The notes below the pieces were generated by a model. That model did not search any database. It saw only the letters and a list, made by a program, of their open reading frames with translations, and was not told the DNA's origin. Below are positions 1 to 14,299 of a DNA stretch of 64,000 nucleotides, one piece after another. Each line of letters opens with the position of its first letter. Position 1 is the first letter of the stretch. Made by a program: the position numbers and the translations under genes. The stretch spans positions 736,001 to 800,000 of the forward strand of contig CBDCQT010000010.1 of the NCBI GenBank assembly GCA_965220745.1. The letters run 5' to 3'. The DNA comes from Alphaproteobacteria bacterium (lineage in GTDB: Bacteria > Pseudomonadota > Alphaproteobacteria > UBA828).

Positions 1-710
1 TCCGGCCAGGTGGCGTGCAACTCTTCGTCCGCGTCGGACAGCCCGTCGTTTCGGCGAAGCAGCCCCCGCGCGCCGTCGTTGGTCTCCACGATCCGCCCGC
101 GCCGATCGAGCTGGACGACTCCCGTGCGGGTGTTGGTGAGGAGTTCGGTGACCGACGCGCCGAGTGCGCCCGCATCCACCAGTGCGGAGCGCACCCGAAC
201 GTATTGGCGCAGGTGGGGAAGAACCCGCGCGACCATGTCGAGCCGGGAGGTGGCCCAGCCGCTCGAGTCGACCGGATTCCCCACTCCCCAGAGGATGCGT
301 GAACCGCCGGGACCGTCCAGACGCACGTTCAGGCCGTTCTCGTACTCGAAACGCGGCGCCGCCTCGTTGTAGGCGATCGACGTCCTGCGCTCCTCTTCGT
401 TGAACAGATTGGCAAAGTGAACGATTTTGCTGTCCGGGAGCTGCCTCCATCGCGGGAGGCTTTCGTCCACGGCGTAGTAGGTCCGAAGGTACTCTTCCAG
501 CCATGGTGCGCGATCTTCCCCGCGAAGGTAGGTCTTTGCGAAGAAGAATTGAGTATCGTCCGAGGGGAACCCGTCCTCGAACGTCAGAAAGTTGCCCCTC
601 GCCCCGCAGGCCTCCTCGATGAGCGCGGAGGCCTGCGGCCAGCGGGCGTCGTCGAGCATGGCCTCGTTGAGTGAGTCCACGATCCGCTCGAATGCATCGG
701 GCTCGCGCAT
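1..710 (-). CDS. Putative PAS-fold/LuxR-type transcriptional regulator, N-terminal part (3' end outside window)
   Basis: Absent from the ORF track. Manual translation from ATG at 710 is open to the window edge: MREPDAFERIVDSLNEAMLDDARWPQASALIEEACG...VLPHLRQYVRVRSAL...GVVQLDRRGRIVETNDGARGLL. The last segment is PAS-like. The HTH is not visible, so the LuxR call is inferred from family architecture. Confidence 0.65.
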   Translation of the reverse strand, partial: MREPDAFERIVDSLNEAMLDDARWPQASALIEEACGARGNFLTFEDGFPSDDTQFFFAKTYLRGEDRAPWLEEYLRTYYAVDESLPRWRQLPDSKIVHFANLFNEEERRTSIAYNEAAPRFEYENGLNVRLDGPGGSRILWGVGNPVDSSGWATSRLDMVARVLPHLRQYVRVRSALVDAGALGASVTELLTNTRTGVVQLDRRGRIVETNDGARGLLRRNDGLSDADEELHATWP

Positions 711-918
711 GTCACCCGCACGCTATCGATATCGTCGTTTCGATCGGCCCTGTCCGGTTCTGCTCCGATGCCGCCCCCGGCGCCCGTGCGGCCCTGCGGC
801 GACGGTGCCACTCGTTGCGGATACGCAAGGGCTGCGGATATGGCTTGCGGCGCAACGTCGTTCACCCTTAACCCCAGTTGCGGTAGCCCAAGCGTAGTAG
901 AAGGAATTGGTCGCGCAA

Positions 919-934
919 TCCTCCAATTGGGGGA
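919..934 (-). promoter_or_regulatory. 16-bp palindromic operator candidate, copy 1 (TCCTCCAATTGGGGGA)
   Basis: Near-perfect palindrome. On the minus strand it is followed after 22 nt by TACGCT (-10-like), pointing at the regulator gene. Confidence 0.55.
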
Positions 935-1129
935 TGCCGCGCGCTCCTCACCGCTGCGGCACGCTGTCCCGCAACGCGACGATCCACCTGCGTTCCGGCC
1001 GTTGATAGCGGCGGAACAGTGCTCTACGCGGAGCGGCCAGACGGCCCTGAAAGGCCCGTCTGGCGGCTTCCGACGTCGAAGCGGTGCAGGGTATGCGCGC
1101 CCGGATTAGAACGGCGCTCGAAGGGCATA

Positions 1130-1198
1130 CCTGCTCATAAGTTTTTTTGCCGATCTCCCTCAAACGGGGGACGCGAAAACTCGCCCGACTCGCCTAAC
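1130..1198 (+). repeat. Left copy of 69-bp imperfect inverted repeat flanking the autotransporter; contains operator copy 2 (1156-1171)
   Basis: 58/69 ungapped matches to the reverse complement of 4660-4728. TCCCTCAAACGGGGGA is followed after 23 nt by TAACCT. Confidence 0.85.
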
Positions 1199-1244
1199 CT
1201 GCTCGCGAAGTGGGAGGGAAACGCGGTCGGAGAGGAGGCGCGTC

Positions 1245-4200
1245 GTGCACCGCTACAGTCGCAGCGAGTCCGTTCCCTTCGATTCCTTCGGCGCGCGCGC
1301 GGGCGACGCGGCCCGGCCCGGCGCGCGGAGTCCTTCCGGGGCTGCGCGCGGACACTGCTCCGGGGCGGCGGTGCGCGCGCTGGCGCGCCGGGGCTTCTGC
1401 GCCGCAGCCGGAATTCTGCTGGCCTTCGCCGCGCTCTGCGCGGTGCCCATGCAGGCGCAGGCGCAGAGCACGGTCCTTGTATCCAATACCGGGCGAGCAG
1501 ATAACGGCTCCCGCGATCCCGGCTCTAATGACTATGCCCAGCCCTTCCGAACGGGGAGCAATACCGATGGGTACACGCTCGACAGCATCGTGCTGGACTT
1601 CAACAGCGCGCCTTCCAGCAACAGATTGACCATCACGGTACGCGAGCACGACTCTGGCGACCCGAGCGGAACGGTGCTGTACACGCTGACGAACCCCGCA
1701 TCGTTTTCGAGCGGGCTGAACGAATTCTCCGCGCCGTCGGATGCCTCCCTCGACGCAAACACCACCTATTGGGTGGTGGCGAGCTACTTCTTCAGCACCG
1801 GAGGCCCGACTTGGTGGAGAACGTTGCTGAGCACCGGCATCGACCCGGGCAACGCGGCCGGTTGGCGCATTAACCAGAGATACAAGCAAGCTAACAGGGG
1901 CACCTCGTCTTGGTCGGCAGGAGGAGGAGCGCGCGCGTTCCAGATGCAGGTCAAGGGCACGGCCAAAACATCCGTCACAGCGACGCTCGGATCGCCCGAG
2001 TTCTACGTCCAGGAGCACGCGGACTACTACGCGGACCTGACCTACAGGTTCGACCTCACGCTTACCGAGGCGGTGAGCACCCCGCACCACGAGATGCGCG
2101 ATCACGCCTTCGAGGTGACGAACGGACGGATGGTCAAGGCGAAGCGCATCGGCGGAGACAGCGCCCACTGGCGCATGACGGTGCTTCCCATCGAGACTCT
2201 GGAGCCCGTCACCGTCCGGCTGCGGGGCAACCGGCCCTGCAGTGCGCGGGGCGCGCTGTGCACCGGGGGCGGGGCCCGGATCACCAATTCGCCGGAGCTG
2301 ACCCTGCACTACGAAACCCTCACGATGAACACCGACATCCTGCCGAGCGTCTCGATCGAGAACACGACGGCGCGGGAGAACGACGCGTATCTGGCCTTCG
2401 ACGTGCGCCTGTCGAAGCCGGCGAAACAGACCATCGCGGTCGACTTCGAGACCGTGTCCGGCGGCACCGCCACCGAGGGCGCGGACTACTGGAGGTCACG
2501 CCACAGAATCCTCTTCCGGCCGGGGGAGCGCGAGAAGCCGGCCGCCGTCGAGCTGATCGCGGACACCGTGAGCGACGACGGCGAGACGGTGATGGGCGAA
2601 ATCAGCAACGCGCGGGTCATCGCGGCAGCGGGGCCCGAGTTCGGCGGCGTGACGATCACGAACGCCCAGGCGACGGGCACCATCAACGCGGCCGCGACCA
2701 CGACGACCGCGGTGCCGGACGTGGACATCCGGATCCTCGATACCACCGGGAACGAGGGCGACGGCGGGATGGACTTCCCGGTGCGGCTCTCGCGGGGGCT
2801 GTCCGACTACGTCTGCTACGACTTCGAGACCCTGACCACGGGCACGGCGGACCTGGGGGATGACTACCTCGCGCGCCCGAAGTCGACGCAGTGGATGTGG
2901 CCCAGGGCCACCGAGCAGGAACAGTTCGTGTGGATGGTGGACGACAACATCGACGACAACGGCGAGACGGTGAAGGTGAAGATCAGCAACGCGCGGCTGT
3001 GCAACGACGCGTCTCGGACGATCGCCATCGCCAGAGGGGAGGCGACGGGGACCATCTACAACTCCGACCCGATGCCGCAGGAATGGATCGCGCGGTTCGG
3101 GCGCACGGTGGCGGACCAGGTGGTCGATGCGGTGGAGGGGCGGCTGCACACGGCGCCCTCGGCCGGGGTGGAGATCGGCGTGGGCGGTCAGCGCATCGGC
3201 GTTGCGTCGCCTGCGGCGGGATCGCGCTCCGGCGAGAATTCCTCCGGGGTTGAGATTCCCGGCTCCGGCGCGGCTTCGGCTTCGCCGTTCGGCGGCGCGG
3301 CCGAGGCCGAAGAGGCGGCGCGGCTCGTGGCGATGGCGGAGTGGCTGAACGGGGAGACGCCGGAAAAGGACGCGTCGCACCCCGGGTCCTGGTCGATGAC
3401 CCCGCGCGAGCTGTTGCTGGGCTCATCCTTCTCGCTGGCGGCGGAGACGGACGGCAGCGGCTTTGCCGGGCTCTGGGGCCGGATGGCGCAGGCGCGCTAC
3501 GCGGGCCGCGAGGGAACGCTCAGCCTGGACGGCGACGTGACCACGGCGCTTCTCGGCGCGGACTACGCCTGGGACCGTTGGACGACGGGCCTGGTGCTCT
3601 CGCACAGCACCGGCGAGGGCGGCTACCGGGGCGGGAGTTCCGGCGAGATCGAGGCTGGTGTGACGGCGGTGACGCCCTGGGCGGGCTACGCGCTGACGGA
3701 GCATCTATCGGTGTGGGGCGCGGCGGGCTACGGCTCGGGCGAGCTGACGCTGACGCAGGCGGACGGGACGGCGCTGAAGACCGATCTCGGGATGACGCTG
3801 GCGGCGGCCGGCGCGCGCGGCACGCTGGTCGGCGGCGACGGTCCTGGCCTCGATGCGGTGGCGGATGCGCGCTGGGTGCGGACGACGACGGCGCGGGTAT
3901 CGTCGTCGGCCGGCAACCTGACCGCGGCGCAGGCGTCGGTGACCCGGCTGCGGCTTGGCCTGGAGGGCTCGTGGCCGCTGGCGCTCGGCGACGGGGCGAC
4001 GATGACGCCTCGCCTGGGGCTCGGGGTGCGCCAAGACGGCGGCGATGCGGAGACTGGCCATGGCGTGGATATCAGCGGCGGCGTCGAGCTGGCGTCGCCG
4101 GCGCAGGGCCTGACCGTCTCGCTGGACGGAAGGGGCATGCTGACCCACGAGGCGGCGGACCTGAGGGACCGCGGGATCGCCGGAACGCTCGCCTGGAATC

Positions 4201-4589
4201 CGCCGCCCTCGAACGGCCGGGGTCCGATGCTGACGCTGAGCCAGACGTTCGGGACGGGCGGATCGGGCGGCAGGGACGCGCTGCTCGCGCGCGACACGCT
4301 GGCGGCGCTCGCGGCCAACGACGACGACGACGATCTGCGGCGGCGCCGCCTGGAGGCGCGGTTCGGCTACGGGTCGGCGATGTTCGGCAACCGGTTCACC
4401 GGCACGCCGGAGATCGGCCTCGGCCTGTCGGAGGCGAGCCGCGATTACAGCCTGGGCTGGCGGCTGACCCGCGCCGGAGCCGGGCCGGGGTCGCTGGAGT
4501 TCTTGCTGGAGGCGCACCGGCGCGAAAGCGCCAACGGCACTGCCCTTCCCGAGCACGGGATCGGGTTCAGACTGACGGCGGGGTTCTGA
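1245..4589 (+). CDS. Autotransporter adhesin-like protein: signal peptide, N-terminal beta-rich (choice-of-anchor R-like) domain, two Calx-beta domains, C-terminal beta-barrel
   Basis: 1114 aa. Signal-like AVPMQAQA|QS. Two Calx-beta-like repeats (FDVRLSKPA...TATEGADY...DDGET; FPVRLSRG...TADLGDDY...DNGET). Linker DPMPQEWIARFGRTVADQVV. Amphipathic barrel strands ending in terminal Phe. Confidence 0.85.
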   Translation: MHRYSRSESVPFDSFGARAGDAARPGARSPSGAARGHCSGAAVRALARRGFCAAAGILLAFAALCAVPMQAQAQSTVLVSNTGRADNGSRDPGSNDYAQPFRTGSNTDGYTLDSIVLDFNSAPSSNRLTITVREHDSGDPSGTVLYTLTNPASFSSGLNEFSAPSDASLDANTTYWVVASYFFSTGGPTWWRTLLSTGIDPGNAAGWRINQRYKQANRGTSSWSAGGGARAFQMQVKGTAKTSVTATLGSPEFYVQEHADYYADLTYRFDLTLTEAVSTPHHEMRDHAFEVTNGRMVKAKRIGGDSAHWRMTVLPIETLEPVTVRLRGNRPCSARGALCTGGGARITNSPELTLHYETLTMNTDILPSVSIENTTARENDAYLAFDVRLSKPAKQTIAVDFETVSGGTATEGADYWRSRHRILFRPGEREKPAAVELIADTVSDDGETVMGEISNARVIAAAGPEFGGVTITNAQATGTINAAATTTTAVPDVDIRILDTTGNEGDGGMDFPVRLSRGLSDYVCYDFETLTTGTADLGDDYLARPKSTQWMWPRATEQEQFVWMVDDNIDDNGETVKVKISNARLCNDASRTIAIARGEATGTIYNSDPMPQEWIARFGRTVADQVVDAVEGRLHTAPSAGVEIGVGGQRIGVASPAAGSRSGENSSGVEIPGSGAASASPFGGAAEAEEAARLVAMAEWLNGETPEKDASHPGSWSMTPRELLLGSSFSLAAETDGSGFAGLWGRMAQARYAGREGTLSLDGDVTTALLGADYAWDRWTTGLVLSHSTGEGGYRGGSSGEIEAGVTAVTPWAGYALTEHLSVWGAAGYGSGELTLTQADGTALKTDLGMTLAAAGARGTLVGGDGPGLDAVADARWVRTTTARVSSSAGNLTAAQASVTRLRLGLEGSWPLALGDGATMTPRLGLGVRQDGGDAETGHGVDISGGVELASPAQGLTVSLDGRGMLTHEAADLRDRGIAGTLAWNPPPSNGRGPMLTLSQTFGTGGSGGRDALLARDTLAALAANDDDDDLRRRRLEARFGYGSAMFGNRFTGTPEIGLGLSEASRDYSLGWRLTRAGAGPGSLEFLLEAHRRESANGTALPEHGIGFRLTAGF

Positions 4590-4659
4590 GGCGGCGGGGC
4601 CGGGTCGGGCTGGATGTCGGGTATCCGACCGAGCTTCCACGGTTTCGCGGGAGAGTAAA

Positions 4660-4728
4660 GTTAGGCGAGTCGGACGAGTTTGTGCGTCCTCCGTTTGGAG
4701 GAGATCGGCAAATAAAGTTGTAGGCAGG
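4660..4728 (-). repeat. Right copy of 69-bp inverted repeat; contains operator copy 3 (TCCTCCGTTTGGAGGA, 4687-4702)
   Basis: Reverse complement aligns ungapped to 1130-1198 and keeps the -10-like TAACTT at the same 23-nt spacing. Confidence 0.85.
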
Positions 4729-4741
4729 CCGGTCCGTAGCA

Positions 4742-5045
4742 ATGCCCACCCCGTTCGGCACTGGAAACGACCGCTCCGTCTACTCGATGGCCGCCGCCGA
4801 CTACGACGGCGACGGCTGGGTGGACATCCTCATCGCCAACCACGGCGCCGCGCCCACGGTCTATCGCAACGTCTTCGAGAACGGGCATCATTGGCTCGCG
4901 ATCGATCTCGCCGGCCAGCACGCCAACCCGAACGCCGTCGGCGCGCGGGTCACGGTGCGGACGGCCTCGGGCGATCAGGTGCAGGAGGTGCGGCTCGGGA
5001 CCGCTTATCTCTCTCAGTCGCCGGCAACACCGCACTTCGGAATGG
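4742..5045 (+). pseudogene. Fragment of FG-GAP/ASPIC-UnbV (CRTAC1-like) protein
   Basis: ADYDGDGWVDILIAN (FG-GAP) and WLAIDLAG...NAVGARVTV...YLSQS...HFG (ASPIC/UnbV). Truncated at both ends; the ORF then runs antisense into rpiR. Confidence 0.8.
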
Positions 5046-5102
5046 AACGAACGAGCCATTTAATCCGGGACTTTCACTCATCCGGATCGCAAAAGTTTCG
5101 GA

Positions 5103-5990
5103 TCATTCGCTCCAATATTCACCCATGTTTCGGCGCGAACGCTCCGCATTTTCCACGTTCTCCGCAACCGAGCGTTCGTCGCGCGCCGCGATCATACCGA
5201 CCAGCAGTTCCACGAGGGCAGTGGCGCCGACATGGGACGGGAAAATGTTCGGGCTGTGGACCGAGATGAGCAGGATGTCGTCCGCGCTCGCGGCCAAGGG
5301 CGACGTGCGCCGGTCGGTGACGCCGATGACCCGCACACCCGCCTCCCGAGCGTGCCGGGCGACCTTGATGGATTCGGCCGCACAAGGCTCGACGGCGATG
5401 CAGACGACGACATCGCCGGGCGCCAAGGCGCCTAACAGTTGAAAGTACTCGGCGCTATTGGGCACCAGTAGGTGCCAGTTGTGAAACCCTGTGGCCGCCA
5501 CATGGTGGAGGTAGTTGGCGGATGACTCGGATGTGAGCATCCCGATCACTAGCACGCTACGCGCGTCCGCCAACGCCTGCACCGACCGCTCCAGGGCAGC
5601 GCGATCAATGTGGTCGAACAAGGTATGGATATTGGTCAGCGCCGCCTGTTGAAAGGCATTGAGATCGTGGTCGAATTTGTCTTCGCGGGCGATCACATGT
5701 ACTTGGCCGCCCTGAAGGGAATAACCCGTCGCTTGGTCGTTGATACTATCGCGGAAGAGCGCGCGAAACTCTTCGTAAGTTCGGAAGCCAACCTCCTTGG
5801 CGAGCCGGTTCATGGTGCTTGGAGGCACCCCTGCCCTCGCCGCCAACCGGCGCATGGAGAACGTGGCAACCTCGCTCGGATGCTCCATGATATAGGCGGC
5901 AGACTTCTTGAGCTGACGACTGAGCCTGGGATAAGCCCGTGTCAGGATGTCGATTCCTTCGCCGAATTCCACGCGCATCGCTATCTCCAA
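5103..5990 (-). CDS. MurR/RpiR family transcriptional regulator
   Basis: HTH region (LSRQLKKSAAYIMEHPSEVATFSMRRLAARAGVPPSTMNRLAKEVGF) plus SIS domain (IGVTDRRTSPLA). Confidence 0.9.
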   Translation of the reverse strand: MEIAMRVEFGEGIDILTRAYPRLSRQLKKSAAYIMEHPSEVATFSMRRLAARAGVPPSTMNRLAKEVGFRTYEEFRALFRDSINDQATGYSLQGGQVHVIAREDKFDHDLNAFQQAALTNIHTLFDHIDRAALERSVQALADARSVLVIGMLTSESSANYLHHVAATGFHNWHLLVPNSAEYFQLLGALAPGDVVVCIAVEPCAAESIKVARHAREAGVRVIGVTDRRTSPLAASADDILLISVHSPNIFPSHVGATALVELLVGMIAARDERSVAENVENAERSRRNMGEYWSE

Positions 5991-6491
5991 ACGACCGTGT
6001 CAGCGATCCGCATGGAACTCCACCACTGGTGCCCCAACATCGCCAACCAACCAGCGCGTCTCCTCCACAGCGACTGCCGGACATCGATCTTGCGCATCCG
6101 TCCCGTCGTTGATTCTTCGAGCGCGCATACCATTCTGTTCGATCAAGCGCATAAGCCTTGTTCCGAGAGTCTCTAATTCGGTATATTTGTCAATATAAAT
6201 CGGAGTATTTTGAAAAAATAATATCATAATTACTGAAACACATGAATTTGTTCGTGAGAGAAGGCGAAAACTAAAACGCGTGATGCACGGGCATAAGTTC
6301 GAAAGTTTGAATGGACCGGTAATCGTCGCGCTGCCACGGTAGACCGCGCCGAACCAAGTTCCGGCGGGGCGCTCCACGACCGGAACGCGCTTCCGTTCGG
6401 GTCCCTTTCACGCCGGCCGTCGCGATAGCCGGGGCGGGCGAGGGAGTGCTATAACGGCGCGCCCTCGATCCTCGCGCGGCGGGACGGCCCC

Positions 6492-7661
6492 ATGAACCTC
6501 CACGAATATCAGGCCAAGCAGGTGCTGGCAGGGTTCGGCGTGCCGGTGCCGCGCGGCGTGCCGGTGCTTGCGCCAGACGGAATCGAGGCCGCCGTAGACG
6601 AGCTCGGCGGTCCGGTCTGGGTGGTCAAGGCGCAGATTCACGCCGGCGGGCGCGGCAAGGCGGGCGGGGTCAAGGTGTGCAAGGACCGCGACGAGGCGAT
6701 TACGGCGGCCCGCGCCATGTTCGGCAAGGTGCTCGTCACCCATCAGACCGGACCGGCGGGGCGCGAGGTGCGCCGGGTCTACCTGGAGGACGGCGCCGAT
6801 ATCGCCCACGAGTACTATCTGGGCGCCGTGGTAGACCGCGAGAGCGGGCGCGTCGCGCTGATCGCCTCAGCTGAGGGCGGCGTCGAGATCGAGACAGTCG
6901 CCGCCGAGAACCCGCAGGCCATCGTGGCCGTGCCGGTCGATCCCGCGAGCGGCTTCCAGCCCCACCACGCACGCAGCCTCGCCTTCGGTCTCGGGCTCTC
7001 CGGCGAGGCGGCGAAGGCGGCGGGCAGGCTGGCACGCGCGGTATACGACGCGGTGCTCGGCACCGATGCCAGCCTGGTCGAGATCAACCCCCTGATTGAG
7101 ACGAGCGAAGGCGCGCTCATCGTTCTCGATGCCAAGGTGAGCATCGACGACAACGCTCTCTATCGGCAGCGGGAGATCGCCGCACTGCGCGATCCGGACG
7201 AGGAAGACCCGGCGGAGCGCGCCGCCGGCGAGCACGAGCTGAGCTACGTCAAGCTCGACGGCAACATCGGCTGCATGGTGAACGGCGCGGGCCTCGCCAT
7301 GGCGACGATGGACATCATCAAGCTGCATGGCGCCGAGCCCGCCAACTTCCTCGATGTCGGCGGCGGCGCCACCCGCGAGCGGGTCACCGAGGCCTTCAAG
7401 ATCATTCTCTCCGACCCCAACGTGCGCGGCATTCTGGTCAACATCTTCGGCGGCATCATGCGCTGCGACGTCATCGCCGAGGGCATCGTCGCGGCTGCGC
7501 GCGAGGTTTCGCTGGAGCTCCCCCTTGTGGTCCGGCTCGAAGGCACCAATGTGGAAAAAGGCAAGGCGATCCTGGATGGCGCGGGGATCGACCTGATCGC
7601 GGCCGACGACCTCGGCGATGCGGCGGCAAAGGTGGTCCAGGCAATAGGGCGAGCGGGCTGA
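6492..7661 (+). CDS. sucC: Succinyl-CoA synthetase beta subunit
   Basis: [48 protein letters not shown]. Confidence 0.98.
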   Translation: MNLHEYQAKQVLAGFGVPVPRGVPVLAPDGIEAAVDELGGPVWVVKAQIHAGGRGKAGGVKVCKDRDEAITAARAMFGKVLVTHQTGPAGREVRRVYLEDGADIAHEYYLGAVVDRESGRVALIASAEGGVEIETVAAENPQAIVAVPVDPASGFQPHHARSLAFGLGLSGEAAKAAGRLARAVYDAVLGTDASLVEINPLIETSEGALIVLDAKVSIDDNALYRQREIAALRDPDEEDPAERAAGEHELSYVKLDGNIGCMVNGAGLAMATMDIIKLHGAEPANFLDVGGGATRERVTEAFKIILSDPNVRGILVNIFGGIMRCDVIAEGIVAAAREVSLELPLVVRLEGTNVEKGKAILDGAGIDLIAADDLGDAAAKVVQAIGRAG

Positions 7662-8556
7662 TGGCGGTCCTCGTCGATCGCGACACACGGGTGATCTGCC
7701 AGGGCCTCACCGGCGCCCAGGGCACCTTCCACTCGGAGCAGGCGATCGCCTACGGCACGCGCATGGTGGGCGGCGTCACCCCCGGCAAGGGCGGTAGCAC
7801 CCACCTCGACCTGCCGGTGTTCGACACCGTGGCCGAGGCCCGTGCCGCCACCGGCGCCGATGCCTCGGTCATCTACGTGCCGGCACCCTTCGCAGCCGAC
7901 GCGATCCTGGAGGCCATCGACGCCGGCATCGGCCTCGTGGTCTGCATCACCGAGGGCATCCCGGTGCTCGACATGGTGCGGGTCAAGCGCGCGCTCGCCG
8001 GCTCGCAGACCCGGCTCATCGGCCCCAACTGCCCCGGCGTCATCACGCCGGACGAATGCAAGATCGGCATCATGCCGGGCCACATCCACCGGCGCGGCCG
8101 GGTCGGCATCGTCTCGCGCTCGGGCACGCTGACTTACGAGGCTGTGGGGCAGACCACCGCCGCAGGACTGGGGCAATCGACCTGCATCGGCATCGGCGGC
8201 GATCCAGTCGCCGGCACTGACTTCATCGACTGCCTCGCCCTCTTCGCACGCGACGACGAGACCGAAGCCATCGTCATGATCGGCGAGATCGGCGGCAGCG
8301 CGGAGGAGAAGGCCGCCGACTTCGTGCGTGCGGAGAGGCTTGCCAAGCCCATCGTCGGCTTTATCGCCGGCCTCACGGCGCCGCCCGGCCGGCGCATGGG
8401 CCACGCCGGCGCCATCATCTCGGGCGGCAAGGGCGGAGCCCAGGACAAGATCGAGGCCATGCGGAGCGCCGGCATCACGGTGACGGAGTCGCCAGCGGCC
8501 ATCGGCACCACGGTGCTCGACGTGCTGAACGGCCGCCGCCGCGCGGGGCACGCGGC

Positions 8557-8560
<4 letters not shown>
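7661..8560 (+). CDS. sucD: Succinyl-CoA synthetase alpha subunit
   Basis: [38 protein letters not shown] phospho-His motif. Confidence 0.98.
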
Positions 8561-12698
<4,138 letters not shown>

Positions 12699-12722
12699 TC
12701 CCCATGTCCGGCCGGAGCCGTC

Positions 12723-14126
<1,404 letters not shown>

Positions 14127-14270
14127 AGCGTTTCCGTTTCACACGGAAACACTCTAGAATTTTGTCGCTCACGGCAGCCGGTCTATGGCCGGCGCCTCCG
14201 CGAGGGCGCCGCATAAGCGGCGGGCCGCAGTCGCGGCCTGTCGCGAGTTCGTCACGAACGAACTCGCTCC
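14127..14270 (+). repeat. 144-bp multi-hairpin intergenic repeat, copy A
   Basis: 121/144 ungapped matches to the reverse complement of 32153-32296. Begins at the lpdA TAG with the palindrome TAGAGCGTTTCCGT-TTCAC-ACGGAAACACTCTA. Confidence 0.9.
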
Positions 14271-14299
14271 GGGCGAGTTTTAGGGGAGCAGACTGAGAC

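Noticed and set aside
795-885. Repeated TGCGG words upstream of the regulator as an array or iterons
   Set aside because: They are short, irregularly spaced and plausible by chance at this GC content.
5991-6377. Small ORFs upstream of rpiR (e.g. 6000-6377 on the minus strand)
   Set aside because: They run through an AT-rich promoter-like tract and have no motifs or convincing RBS.
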